IMG/VR virus record: IMGVR_UViG_3300001528_000272
Span: 1-40,954 of that record
Length of the DNA: 40,954 bases
Direction: 5' to 3' (one strand)
Origin: a virus
Shown here piece after piece: positions 28,162 through 36,701 of the stretch. Within the stretch, counting starts at the first letter, position 1. The number at the start of each line of letters is the position of its first letter. The notes below the pieces were generated by a model that was not told where the DNA came from, made no database searches, and saw nothing but the letters and a program-made list of their open reading frames with translations. The translations under genes were made by a program, and so were the position numbers.

Positions 28162-28323
28162 ATGAATGAAAAAAACATCTTAGAAGTAATTGATGAATTA
28201 GGTTATCTACTAGACAAATATAAAAATGAGATAAAGTTCAAAGATTATGAAATTGAGAGACTTAGCAACAAAATAAAAGCCATTGAAGATTATACAGATT
28301 TTTATTCCAATAAAGAAAACTAA
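28162..28323 (+). CDS. Small coiled-coil protein, 53 aa
   Basis: GGAGGA RBS; MNEKNILEVIDELGYLLDKYKNEIKFKDYEIERLSNKIKAIEDYTDFYSNKEN. Confidence 0.5.
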   Translation: MNEKNILEVIDELGYLLDKYKNEIKFKDYEIERLSNKIKAIEDYTDFYSNKEN

Positions 28324-28359
28324 ATATAATGTGATCAATAAATATGAAAGGTGAATGTA

Positions 28360-28512
28360 ATGCAATATTACAAAGTGGTAAATCATACAATATGGTTTTT
28401 CAGATACTTAAAGAGTATTATTGAAAAATTATTGTTGCATTTACTAAATAAGTACCATCCAAAATTTTTGTTTAAATATAGACAGAAATTTTCAAATAAT
28501 AAATTTATTTAA
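28360..28512 (+). CDS. Small basic hypothetical protein, 50 aa
   Basis: MQYYKVVNHTIWFFRYLKSIIEKLLLHLLNKYHPKFLFKYRQKFSNNKFI. Confidence 0.35.
   Translation: MQYYKVVNHTIWFFRYLKSIIEKLLLHLLNKYHPKFLFKYRQKFSNNKFI
28491..28503 (+). repeat. TTCAAATARTAAA motif copy 5
   Basis: exact; at 3' end of a 50-aa ORF. Confidence 0.9.
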
Positions 28513-28528
28513 AGGAGATGAAGAATAA

Positions 28529-28690
28529 ATGAAAGTAGAACGCTTTGAATGGACAGTTGATTTAGAAAAATTTATTAGTAGAAAAGACATAAAAATAAAA
28601 TATATAACTAGAGCATCAACCTGTCATTTTGTGTTTTATAAAGAAAAATTACTACCAAAAGTCATAAAAACTATTTTACATAAAAAATAG
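28529..28690 (+). CDS. Small hypothetical protein, 53 aa
   Basis: AAAGGAGATG RBS-like upstream. Confidence 0.45.
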   Translation: MKVERFEWTVDLEKFISRKDIKIKYITRASTCHFVFYKEKLLPKVIKTILHKK

Positions 28691-28693
28691 TGG

Positions 28694-28763
28694 TTAAAAT
28701 CTTGATATATAAGGCTTAATCAATGATTACATAGGTGCAATATAATATATAGGTAATGTTGCA
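28694..28763 (+). repeat. Leader B copy 1 with 7-bp hairpin (28737-28762)
   Basis: Aligned by eye to 33112-33183 and 35101-35171; GCAATAT-12 nt-ATGTTGC. Confidence 0.8.
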
Positions 28764-28792
28764 ACCAATATAAATAGAAAAGAGGTGAAAAT

Positions 28793-29044
28793 ATGAAATT
28801 AATAGCAGGAAAACTTAACGCAGAAAATATAGTTAGATATTGGATGTTAGAAGATGAAAAAGATATATATGATGTTTTTGGAATTGGAGATTATGCAATA
28901 GTAGAAAACAAAAATGATTATGATTTAGTTAAAATTATTAGCATTGTTGAAACAAAGGAAAAATATGTAAAGTTTCTAATTGGAACATCTACAATTAAAA
29001 AAGTAGTTAGGCTAATTTCAAGAGCAGTTGTAAGAGAAGATTAG
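28793..29044 (+). CDS. Hypothetical protein
   Basis: ORF downstream of leader B. Confidence 0.6.
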   Translation: MKLIAGKLNAENIVRYWMLEDEKDIYDVFGIGDYAIVENKNDYDLVKIISIVETKEKYVKFLIGTSTIKKVVRLISRAVVRED

Positions 29045-29055
29045 GAGGTATAGAA

Positions 29056-29391
29056 ATGAATATAACAAGTGATGATTATCCAGTAAAAGTATTTAAAAAT
29101 GAAAATGGATACTATTCATTAAGTTTAAGTGATAAAAAACAAGATGGTAATTATGTTAATTGGTATAAAAATTGCCAGTTTAAAAAAGATGTTGAATTAG
29201 AAAACAAAACAGATATTAGGATAAAAAAAGCCTGGTTAAAATGTAATGAAGTAAATGGTAAGAAATATGAATACATATTTATATCTGAATTTGAAGTTGT
29301 AAATGAGCAAAAACAGCAACAACAAGTTGAAACAAAAGAACAAATTCCATTCACAGATAATCAAACATCAGATGATGATCTTCCTTTTTAG
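29056..29391 (+). CDS. SSB-like protein with canonical acidic C-terminal tip
   Basis: Ends TSDDDLPF, the SSB interaction-tip pattern. Confidence 0.6.
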   Translation: MNITSDDYPVKVFKNENGYYSLSLSDKKQDGNYVNWYKNCQFKKDVELENKTDIRIKKAWLKCNEVNGKKYEYIFISEFEVVNEQKQQQQVETKEQIPFTDNQTSDDDLPF

Positions 29392-30261
29392 GTGATAACT
29401 ATGAATAAAGAAGAACTATTATCAAGGGTTGATGAATGGATAACTGAATTAAGATATGAAGAAAAAGAAGTAAATACATTAAAGCAATATAAAAATAATG
29501 TAATGAAATTCATTAATTGGCTTTCTGATGATGAAAAACCGATAACAAAAGATACTACTATGGATTACAAAGACTATATAAGGACCATAACAGAAAGTCC
29601 AAAGAGTATGAATATATGGATAGTATCATTAAACAAGTATTTAAGATGGTTAGGATTAAATGATTTAACTATCAAAAAATATAAAATGCAAGAACAGAGC
29701 AGCAATGAAGAATCATTAACCATAGCAGACTTTAAGAGGTTATTAAGAATAGCAAACAGAATAGGTAATGAGCAATTATATTACATAATTAAAGTTTTAG
29801 GTATGACAGGTTGTAGAATTGGAGAATTAAAGTATTTTACAGTTGAAAACCTAGAAAAAACACCTAGAAAGAATATCAAAGTATATAACAAAGGAAAAGA
29901 TAGAGAAATAGTAATAAGGCAAGATTTATCAAGAGAATTAAAAAAATACTATAAATCAAAAGGTATAGAGAGCGGTTACATATTTCTTTCAACTGATCCA
30001 AAGTGTAAGGGTAAAATGCCAGCAGTATCAACCATCTGGAGACAAATGAAGAAAATTGCAGGAATTGCTAGGATTAATAAAGATAAAGTACATCCTCATA
30101 ACTTTAGACATTTATTTGCACAGGTATTTTTAGAAAGTTATCCAGAGAATGTGCTAGATTTAGCAGATTTGTTAGGACATAACGATTTAAAGACAACAAG
30201 AATTTATACTAAAACATCTGGAGAACAAAAACGAAAGAAATTAGAAAATGTGAAGTTTTAA
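29392..30261 (+). CDS. Tyrosine recombinase (XerC/D-like)
   Basis: GMTGCRIGEL, HPHNFRHLFA, LADLLGHNDLKTTRIYT. Confidence 0.93.
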   Translation: MITMNKEELLSRVDEWITELRYEEKEVNTLKQYKNNVMKFINWLSDDEKPITKDTTMDYKDYIRTITESPKSMNIWIVSLNKYLRWLGLNDLTIKKYKMQEQSSNEESLTIADFKRLLRIANRIGNEQLYYIIKVLGMTGCRIGELKYFTVENLEKTPRKNIKVYNKGKDREIVIRQDLSRELKKYYKSKGIESGYIFLSTDPKCKGKMPAVSTIWRQMKKIAGIARINKDKVHPHNFRHLFAQVFLESYPENVLDLADLLGHNDLKTTRIYTKTSGEQKRKKLENVKF

Positions 30262-31553
30262 TGTTTCAAATAGTAAAAGGAGGAAATATGAATGGACAAA
30301 TGTCATTATTTAATGATGAAAAAAAAGAAAAAATAACAAGCAAAGTAATAAATGAACTTATAGGAATAAAAGAGAGTTTTGAATTACCTGATAAGTTAAT
30401 GACTTTATTATTAAATGAAGAAGAAAAAAACAAACTATTTAATAATTTTATGAAGTACGACATTGATTTATCAAGCGATTTTTTTAGAGATTATTTTCAA
30501 GAAGAACATAGTGATAGAAAAGGATTAAAGCAAGATTATACTCCTGATAGTATATGTAAAATAATAGCAAGGTTACAAGATAAACAAAATAGTGTATTAG
30601 ATGTATGCAGTGGAACAGGATCTTTAACATTGTTTACTTACAATGAAAATAAGAATGCAACTTTTCAATGTGAAGAATTATCTTCTAGGTCAATACCTAT
30701 ATTGTTGTTTAACTTATCAATTAGAAATACAGATGCCTTAATAATTCAAAAAGATGTATTGAAAAATGAAATAATAAATACTTTCACACTGAAAAAAAGT
30801 AATGATTTCAGTGTAATCGGAAAAAGTGAAAATATACAAGATATTAAATATAACACCATCATTTCTAATCCTCCATATTCAATAGAATGGCAGCCAAAAT
30901 ATGATAAAAGGTTTGAAGGATATGAGTTAGCACCAAAAAGCAAAGCCGATTTTGCATTTGTATTAGATATTCTATATAGATTGAGTGATAACGGTAAAGC
31001 ATTTATGATATTGCCTCATGGTGTATTGTTCAGAGGACAAGCAGAGGGAAAAATAAGAAAACAATTAATAGAAAATAATTTAATTGATAGCATTATTGGA
31101 CTTCCTGAAAAAATGTTTTTGAATACAGGTATTCCTACATTCATATTAATATTGAACAAAAATAAACAAGATAAAAATATTTTGTTTATAGATAGTTCTA
31201 AAAACTGCATAAAGCAAGCAAAACAAAATGATATGAATGATGAACAAATAAACAAAATAATAGAAACATACAAAAATAGAAAAGAAATAGAAAAATATTC
31301 ACATTTAGCAAGTTTTGAAGAAGTAGTTAAAAATGATTATAACTTAAATATTCCAAGATATGTTGATACGTTTGAAACCGAACCATTACCAGATTTAAAG
31401 GAAGTAGTACAGGATATTATTAAAATTGAAAAAGAAACTAAAGAATGTGAAAAACAATTAAAAGGAATGCTTGAACAGTTAGAGGGAACTACACCAGAAG
31501 AAAAAGAATATTATTCAAAAGCAATAAAACCTATGATGGAGTGGTTAGGGTGA
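30261..31553 (+). CDS. Type I DNA N6-adenine methyltransferase subunit (HsdM-like); likely start 30291
   Basis: DYTPDSICKIIARL, VLDVCSGTGSL, TIISNPPYSIEW, AFMILPHGVLFRG. Confidence 0.88.
   Translation: MFQIVKGGNMNGQMSLFNDEKKEKITSKVINELIGIKESFELPDKLMTLLLNEEEKNKLFNNFMKYDIDLSSDFFRDYFQEEHSDRKGLKQDYTPDSICKIIARLQDKQNSVLDVCSGTGSLTLFTYNENKNATFQCEELSSRSIPILLFNLSIRNTDALIIQKDVLKNEIINTFTLKKSNDFSVIGKSENIQDIKYNTIISNPPYSIEWQPKYDKRFEGYELAPKSKADFAFVLDILYRLSDNGKAFMILPHGVLFRGQAEGKIRKQLIENNLIDSIIGLPEKMFLNTGIPTFILILNKNKQDKNILFIDSSKNCIKQAKQNDMNDEQINKIIETYKNRKEIEKYSHLASFEEVVKNDYNLNIPRYVDTFETEPLPDLKEVVQDIIKIEKETKECEKQLKGMLEQLEGTTPEEKEYYSKAIKPMMEWLG
30265..30277 (+). repeat. TTCAAATARTAAA motif copy 6
   Basis: exact; just after tyrosine recombinase stop, before hsdM RBS. 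Confidence 0.9.
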
Positions 31554-31557
31554 TTAT

Positions 31558-32004
31558 ATGGATTTAAGAAATTATAAAGAAGTGAAATTATTAGATTTAG
31601 TTGATATTGAAAGAGCAAAGAAAAATAAAGTTTATAGTGAAGGAAATATCATTATTCAAGTATCTGCTAGTAAGGGACAAATATTTTACTTAAATCAAGA
31701 TACTAATGTAGAAAGTCAATATATAGTGCTAATTGTTAAAAACAACAAGTTAATTAATAGCAAATATTTATATTATCTTATAAGCGATCAATTGCCTGCA
31801 TTTCTTTCTAAATATCAAACAGGGATAAACATACAACCAGATGTATTTAATTATATGGAATTAGTAATACATAATGATATTAAAACACAGAAGCATATAG
31901 CAAACATATTTGACAAAATTGATGAAGATATAAAAAAAGAAGAAGAACTATTAAAGAAATATCAAGATTTTAAAAAGTATCATATTGGTAAAATGTTTGT
32001 ATGA
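31558..32004 (+). CDS. Half-length HsdS-like specificity subunit (single target-recognition domain)
   Basis: Coupled to HsdM; TRD-like N-terminus, C-terminal helix KTQKHIANIFDKIDEDIKKEEELLKKYQDFKKYHIGKMF. Confidence 0.8.
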   Translation: MDLRNYKEVKLLDLVDIERAKKNKVYSEGNIIIQVSASKGQIFYLNQDTNVESQYIVLIVKNNKLINSKYLYYLISDQLPAFLSKYQTGINIQPDVFNYMELVIHNDIKTQKHIANIFDKIDEDIKKEEELLKKYQDFKKYHIGKMFV

Positions 32005-32597
32005 TGGAAGAATTAATAAAATACTATGACAAGGTAAAAATCCTATGCAAGGTAGATATCAAAACAATAAAATATGTTGAATATGATGATTTATATGATT
32101 ATTACATACACAAATTATTAGTATTATGGAACAGATATCAAGTTAAACATAAAGAGAATTATACATTTGAAAAGCTATACAATGCTGATAAACAATTTTG
32201 GAAATACAATTATCTTAATTCATCAAAGGTAAGGCATGAAATTTATGAAGAAGATATTATTGATAAACTTGATTTTAAAAATCCGATAGTAATTTATAAC
32301 AAATCTTATAATCCACAACATGAGATAGACACAAAAATATATCTTAATGAATTAATGGAAAAGGCACACTTAAACCAACAAGAACTTAAATGTATAAAAT
32401 TATTTTTAAAAGGTTATACAATTGGAGAAATCAATAACATTTTAGGAAAAAAAGTGTGGATAAATGTTAAAAACAAAATGAAAGGAGTTGAAAGTTATGA
32501 ATCAATAGGTATTCAAAGAAATGGTGCTAATGAAATAGCAAAACATGTATTAAAGAAAAATGGTAAATATACAATGTTTGATTTGTTGCTATGGTAA
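32001..32597 (+). CDS. Sigma-like/ArpU-like HTH regulator
   Basis: LNQQELKCIKLFLKGYTIGEINNILGKKVWINVKNKMKG. Confidence 0.5.
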   Translation: MMEELIKYYDKVKILCKVDIKTIKYVEYDDLYDYYIHKLLVLWNRYQVKHKENYTFEKLYNADKQFWKYNYLNSSKVRHEIYEEDIIDKLDFKNPIVIYNKSYNPQHEIDTKIYLNELMEKAHLNQQELKCIKLFLKGYTIGEINNILGKKVWINVKNKMKGVESYESIGIQRNGANEIAKHVLKKNGKYTMFDLLLW

Positions 32598-32611
32598 AGG
32601 AGAGTGAATAG

Positions 32612-32893
32612 ATGGAAGAAAAATTAGAAACTGGAGCAATGATTAATCCCATATGTCAAAAATGTAAAAATAATAAAAATTGTAATAACAAAACATTATG
32701 TGCTTGCTTAATACCAAAAGAAAGTATAGATAAAGTGCAAGCAGATGTTATTAATCCAGCAGCAGCACCAATAATATTAACTCCTGAAATGATAGCAAAA
32801 CAATTGCAAAAAGATTTAATAAATAAATCATTACATATAGGAATTGATATAGGAACAGGTTATAGTAAATCATCTTGTATGAATGGGAGGTGA
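32612..32893 (+). CDS. Cys-rich hypothetical protein
   Basis: CQKCKNNKNCNNKTLCACL. Confidence 0.55.
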   Translation: MEEKLETGAMINPICQKCKNNKNCNNKTLCACLIPKESIDKVQADVINPAAAPIILTPEMIAKQLQKDLINKSLHIGIDIGTGYSKSSCMNGR

Positions 32894-32897
32894 ATAA

Positions 32898-33113
32898 ATG
32901 ACTGATAAAGAAATAAAAGAAAAAATATCAAAAGCAGCAAGTTATTTATTAGATCATTATGATGAACTAATTGCTCCCGATATTCCAATATTAGTAGGAA
33001 CAATTAAAAAAGTAATAAATAAAGAAATTACAACAACAGAAGAATTAGATACTGAATTATCTAAAATAAAGGTATCAAAAAATACAAAAACTATTTTAGA
33101 TAGTAAAAACTAG
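32898..33113 (+). CDS. Hypothetical protein
   Basis: ORF. Confidence 0.5.
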   Translation: MTDKEIKEKISKAASYLLDHYDELIAPDIPILVGTIKKVINKEITTTEELDTELSKIKVSKNTKTILDSKN

Positions 33114-33183
33114 TTAAAGCATTGATATATATAAGTTTATTCAATGTCTACTAGGTGCAATATAACATAACGGTAATGTTGCA
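33112..33183 (+). repeat. Leader B copy 2 with hairpin 33157-33182
   Basis: Conserved with copies 1 and 3. Confidence 0.8.
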
Positions 33184-33213
33184 TGAAATATATATAGAAA
33201 GAGAGATGATAAA

Positions 33214-33402
33214 ATGAAAAATAAGAATAAAATTCCATTGTTTTGTAAAATAAGAAATTTCTTGACGATTGCAAGTCCATCATTGTCAATGATTAATGGC
33301 AATTGTGGACGTCCATTGAGAAACCAATGTAAATATTGCCCTCTTAGTTATAAAAGTTCTGAATGGTTGGGAAAGAATATATGGAACAACCAAATAAAAT
33401 AA
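33214..33402 (+). CDS. Small Cys-containing protein
   Basis: CGRPLRNQCKYCP. Confidence 0.5.
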   Translation: MKNKNKIPLFCKIRNFLTIASPSLSMINGNCGRPLRNQCKYCPLSYKSSEWLGKNIWNNQIK

Positions 33403-33809
33403 ATGTGTTAGATAACATCTCCAATGCAATCAAATTATTAGAAGATAACGAAGAGTATTTTGAAGAATTATTTACTTTACAATCTATAACTGATAAGAAA
33501 ATAGATTATTGGTTGCATTACATAGAACTAGAACCTATTAAAGCAGCAGAAGCAAATAAGATCATCAAAGAGTTACATAAATTAAGAAGTGAAAGAAGAA
33601 TATATAAGAACCAATTAGAACTAATGAAAGTATTTCATGATAATGAAAACAAACTATGTAATAAAGGAAACAGAAAAATATTATTAAACCAGGTATACAA
33701 AACTAGTAATAAACAAAAAAATGCACAATATGGATATGATGCCTATGCAAAAGAAGAAGCAGATGAAATATTAGGAAGGAAAAACAGTGATAATGATGAA
33801 GTTGTATAA
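33363..33809 (+). CDS. Hypothetical protein
   Basis: ORF (possible start 33381). Confidence 0.6.
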   Translation: MVGKEYMEQPNKINVLDNISNAIKLLEDNEEYFEELFTLQSITDKKIDYWLHYIELEPIKAAEANKIIKELHKLRSERRIYKNQLELMKVFHDNENKLCNKGNRKILLNQVYKTSNKQKNAQYGYDAYAKEEADEILGRKNSDNDEVV

Positions 33810-33978
33810 AGATGAATGTGATGTTTGCAAAAAATGGGATTATTGTAGTGGATACAATGGTTTAGTATTATGCAGTAAATGTATGGCTAAGGCAAAAGAA
33901 AATAAGACAGAATCAGTAAAAAAAGAAAATGCTAACGACAAACAAACTGCAAAAAAACAAATCAGTTTATTTGATTAA
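33787..33978 (+). CDS. Small zinc-finger-like protein
   Basis: CDVCKKWDYCSGYNGLVLCSKC. Confidence 0.6.
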   Translation: MIMMKLYKDECDVCKKWDYCSGYNGLVLCSKCMAKAKENKTESVKKENANDKQTAKKQISLFD

Positions 33979-33988
33979 ACATTTAGGC

Positions 33989-34001
33989 TTCAAATAGTAA
34001 A
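33989..34001 (+). repeat. TTCAAATARTAAA motif copy 7
   Basis: exact; intergenic. Confidence 0.9.
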
Positions 34002-34015
34002 AAAGAGGTGATTGA

Positions 34016-34195
34016 ATGAAAGGGGAATATTTAAGTTTATATACAGCAGAGAAATTGGCAAGATTAAGTAAGTTGGAAGCAAATTGGAAAACACTAGAAG
34101 TGCTTTTAGTAGATACTTTCAATAAGACACAAGAAAAAGGTTATCTAGATATATTATTAAAAATGAAAGAATTGGAGGGAAAAAATGAAAACTGA
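34016..34195 (+). CDS. Hypothetical protein, 59 aa
   Basis: MKGEYLSLYTAEKLARLSKLEANWKTLEVLLVDTFNKTQEKGYLDILLKMKELEGKNEN; AGAGGTG RBS. Confidence 0.5.
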   Translation: MKGEYLSLYTAEKLARLSKLEANWKTLEVLLVDTFNKTQEKGYLDILLKMKELEGKNEN

Positions 34196-34532
34196 TTTAT
34201 ATAAAGTGGAGGATATGGTTAAAGATGTTTTAATTAGATTTGAAGATACTAGATCAGATGATTTTGTCTTATTGTATAGAGTATATCAGTTAATTAATGA
34301 AAATGTGGTAATTAGACAACCATTTTATGATGTTATGTTAAATCATAAAGAATATAAATTACCAGCATTTGAAAGTATAACAAGAGCAAGAAGAAAAGTA
34401 CAAAAAGAGTATCCTGAATTAGCAAATAAAAAAGTGCAAGAAGCAAGGATTAATAAAACTAGTGAATATATAGATTATGCTATTGGAGGATATAAGAATA
34501 CCTTTACTAGATTTGTAGATAGTCAAGAGTAA
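34185..34532 (+). CDS. Phage hypothetical protein
   Basis: ORF. Confidence 0.6.
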   Translation: MKTDLYKVEDMVKDVLIRFEDTRSDDFVLLYRVYQLINENVVIRQPFYDVMLNHKEYKLPAFESITRARRKVQKEYPELANKKVQEARINKTSEYIDYAIGGYKNTFTRFVDSQE

Positions 34533-34537
34533 TATGC

Positions 34538-34550
34538 TTCAAATAATAAA
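34538..34550 (+). repeat. TTCAAATARTAAA motif copy 8
   Basis: exact; intergenic, upstream of leader A copy 2. Confidence 0.9.
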
Positions 34551-34577
34551 TTACAGATAAAAAATGAAACAAAACTA

Positions 34578-34658
34578 TTGATATATATTATTATATATGT
34601 TATTATATATATAGAGGTTAGGAGATAACCTACTAAAACATCAAAGGGGAAATACAAA
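34578..34658 (+). promoter_or_regulatory. Promoter plus structured leader A, copy 2
   Basis: TTGATA 34578-34583, TATTAT 34601-34606; AGGTTA-GGAGA-TAACCT 34615-34631; ACTAAAACATCAAAGGGGAAA. Confidence 0.8.
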
Positions 34659-34853
34659 ATGCTAACAAACAAACAAGCAGTAAGTAGAATTAAGAAAGTT
34701 TTTAACAAATCAAAATATAAAGAGTTTGATGAAGTTATAGGCTGGTATGTTGATAAGGAAACACCTACTACTTATTCTTGGAGGTTTGAACTTGATGGGA
34801 AGAAAACAGAAATTAAATGCAACAAAGAAACTGGAGCAGTTGAAGTCCTTTAA
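34659..34853 (+). CDS. Hypothetical protein
   Basis: ORF after leader A. Confidence 0.6.
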   Translation: MLTNKQAVSRIKKVFNKSKYKEFDEVIGWYVDKETPTTYSWRFELDGKKTEIKCNKETGAVEVL

Positions 34854-34865
34854 GGGCTTCAATGC

Positions 34866-34878
34866 TTCAAATAGTAAA
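34866..34878 (+). repeat. TTCAAATARTAAA motif copy 9
   Basis: exact; intergenic. Confidence 0.9.
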
Positions 34879-34894
34879 TAAAGGAGGTGTTAAA

Positions 34895-35026
34895 ATGGAA
34901 TTAACAAATGAAGAACTAACTAAATTAATTTATTGTATTGATCTAGTCATACAAAACTTTGGTGAAAACAAAGAACTAGAAGATTTAGCAGACAAGTTAA
35001 TTAATATGAAAAAAGATAATAAATAG
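34895..35026 (+). CDS. Hypothetical protein, 43 aa
   Basis: AAAGGAGG RBS; MELTNEELTKLIYCIDLVIQNFGENKELEDLADKLINMKKDNK. Confidence 0.5.
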   Translation: MELTNEELTKLIYCIDLVIQNFGENKELEDLADKLINMKKDNK

Positions 35027-35100
35027 GGTGGAATTTCCACTCTAATCTTATAAAAAAGCACCTAAAAAAAGTCAAAAACTATTTTACATAAAAAACAGAG

Positions 35101-35171
35101 GTTAAAGCCTTGATATATCTAGGCTAGTTAGTGCTTACATAGGTGCAATATAAGATAGTGGTAATGTTGCA
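35101..35171 (+). repeat. Leader B copy 3 with hairpin 35145-35170
   Basis: Conserved with copies 1 and 2. Confidence 0.8.
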
Positions 35172-35183
35172 TATTGAAAGGAG

Positions 35184-35519
35184 GTGTCTATGAAGCAAAT
35201 AAGTATATTTGATATTCAAAAAGATAATACATATACAAACTTATCAGGGCAACTAGAGAGTTATGGTATTGATGAATATTATAGAAAACATTTTAAAGGT
35301 AAATGTGAATTATTAAGAACTATAGAAGAAGAATTAAAAAAGTTACCAAATTACTATGAATATAGAGATAAGATGTACAAGATGTTAGTGGAGCATTTTA
35401 AAGATAGGGAAGATGTTGAATTAGTTTATTATGCCGATTATGACTATATAAGAATATATGGACCAACAGGTACAGGACCACTATTTTGTTTAGAAATGTT
35501 AAGTAAAGAAATCTTTTAA
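35184..35519 (+). CDS. Hypothetical protein (start likely 35190)
   Basis: ORF after leader B. Confidence 0.6.
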   Translation: MSMKQISIFDIQKDNTYTNLSGQLESYGIDEYYRKHFKGKCELLRTIEEELKKLPNYYEYRDKMYKMLVEHFKDREDVELVYYADYDYIRIYGPTGTGPLFCLEMLSKEIF

Positions 35520-35525
35520 ATTGGA

Positions 35526-36701
35526 GTGAAGATATTGAACATCATAGAAATTAACATCAATGATATTAAGGAATATGAGAACAATCCAAGAAACAACGAA
35601 AATGCAATCGAACCAGTAGCAAATAGCATAAAGGAGTTTGGCTTTAAAGTACCAATTATTCTTGATAGAGATAATATTATTGTTGCTGGACATACACGAA
35701 TTAGGGCTGCTAAAAAATTAGGTTTAGAAACAGTTCCATGTGTAATTGCTGATGATCTAACACCAGAACAAATTAAAGCCTTTAGATTAGCAGATAATAA
35801 GGTTGGAGAAATTGCAGAATGGGATTTTGCTAAATTAGAAGAAGAATTAAAGGCTATTCAAGATATTGATATGTCAGAATTTGAATTTGATATGTCAATG
35901 TTTGAAGAAGAACCAGAAACAGAAGAAGATGATTTTGATGTTGAGAAAGCATTAGAGGAAGTAGAAGAGCCAAAATCAAAGGTAGGTGATATATACCAGT
36001 TAGGAAATCATAGATTAATGTGTGGAGATAGTACTGTTATAGATGACTTAGAAAAATTAATGGATAGTGTAAAAGTAGATTTGTTGATTACTGATCCACC
36101 TTATAATGTCGATTATGAAGGTGGTACTGGTTTAAAAATTAAAAATGATAAGATGGATAATGATAGTTTCCGACAATTTTTAAGAGATGCATTTGCAAGT
36201 GCAGATAGTGTAATGAAAGAAGGAGCAGTATTTTATATTTGGCATGCTGATAGTGAAGGATATAACTTTAGAGGTGCTTGTTTTGATAACGGTTGGAAAG
36301 TTAGACAATGTTTAATTTGGAACAAAAACTCTATGGTTATGGGTAGACAAGATTATCATTGGAAACATGAACCTTGCTTATATGGTTGGAAAGAGGGAGC
36401 AAGTCATTTATGGGCTAGTGATAGAACACAAACAACTGTATTAAATTTTGATAAACCAGTTAAAAATGCAGAACATCCAACAATGAAACCAGTTAAATTA
36501 TTTGATTATCAAATTCAAAACAATACAAAGAAAGAAGATATTGTATTAGATTTATTTGCTGGTAGTGGGACTACATTAATAGCATGTGAGCAAAATAAAA
36601 GAAGGTCTTATAACATGGAATTAGATCCTAAATATTGTGATGTAATAATTAAAAGATGGGAAGAATTAACAGGAGATAAGGCGGTGTTAGTAAATGGTTA
36701 A
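35526..36701 (+). CDS. ParB N-terminal domain plus DNA methyltransferase fusion
   Basis: NPRNNENAIEPVANSIKEFGFKVPIILDRDNIIVAGHTRIRAAKKLG; LLITDPPYNVDYEG; LDLFAGSGTTLIACEQ. Confidence 0.92.
   Translation: MKILNIIEININDIKEYENNPRNNENAIEPVANSIKEFGFKVPIILDRDNIIVAGHTRIRAAKKLGLETVPCVIADDLTPEQIKAFRLADNKVGEIAEWDFAKLEEELKAIQDIDMSEFEFDMSMFEEEPETEEDDFDVEKALEEVEEPKSKVGDIYQLGNHRLMCGDSTVIDDLEKLMDSVKVDLLITDPPYNVDYEGGTGLKIKNDKMDNDSFRQFLRDAFASADSVMKEGAVFYIWHADSEGYNFRGACFDNGWKVRQCLIWNKNSMVMGRQDYHWKHEPCLYGWKEGASHLWASDRTQTTVLNFDKPVKNAEHPTMKPVKLFDYQIQNNTKKEDIVLDLFAGSGTTLIACEQNKRRSYNMELDPKYCDVIIKRWEELTGDKAVLVNG

Noticed and set aside
35020-35045. GTGGAA/TTCCAC inverted repeat after the 43-aa ORF
   Set aside because: Very small loop and weak T-tract; too weak to call.
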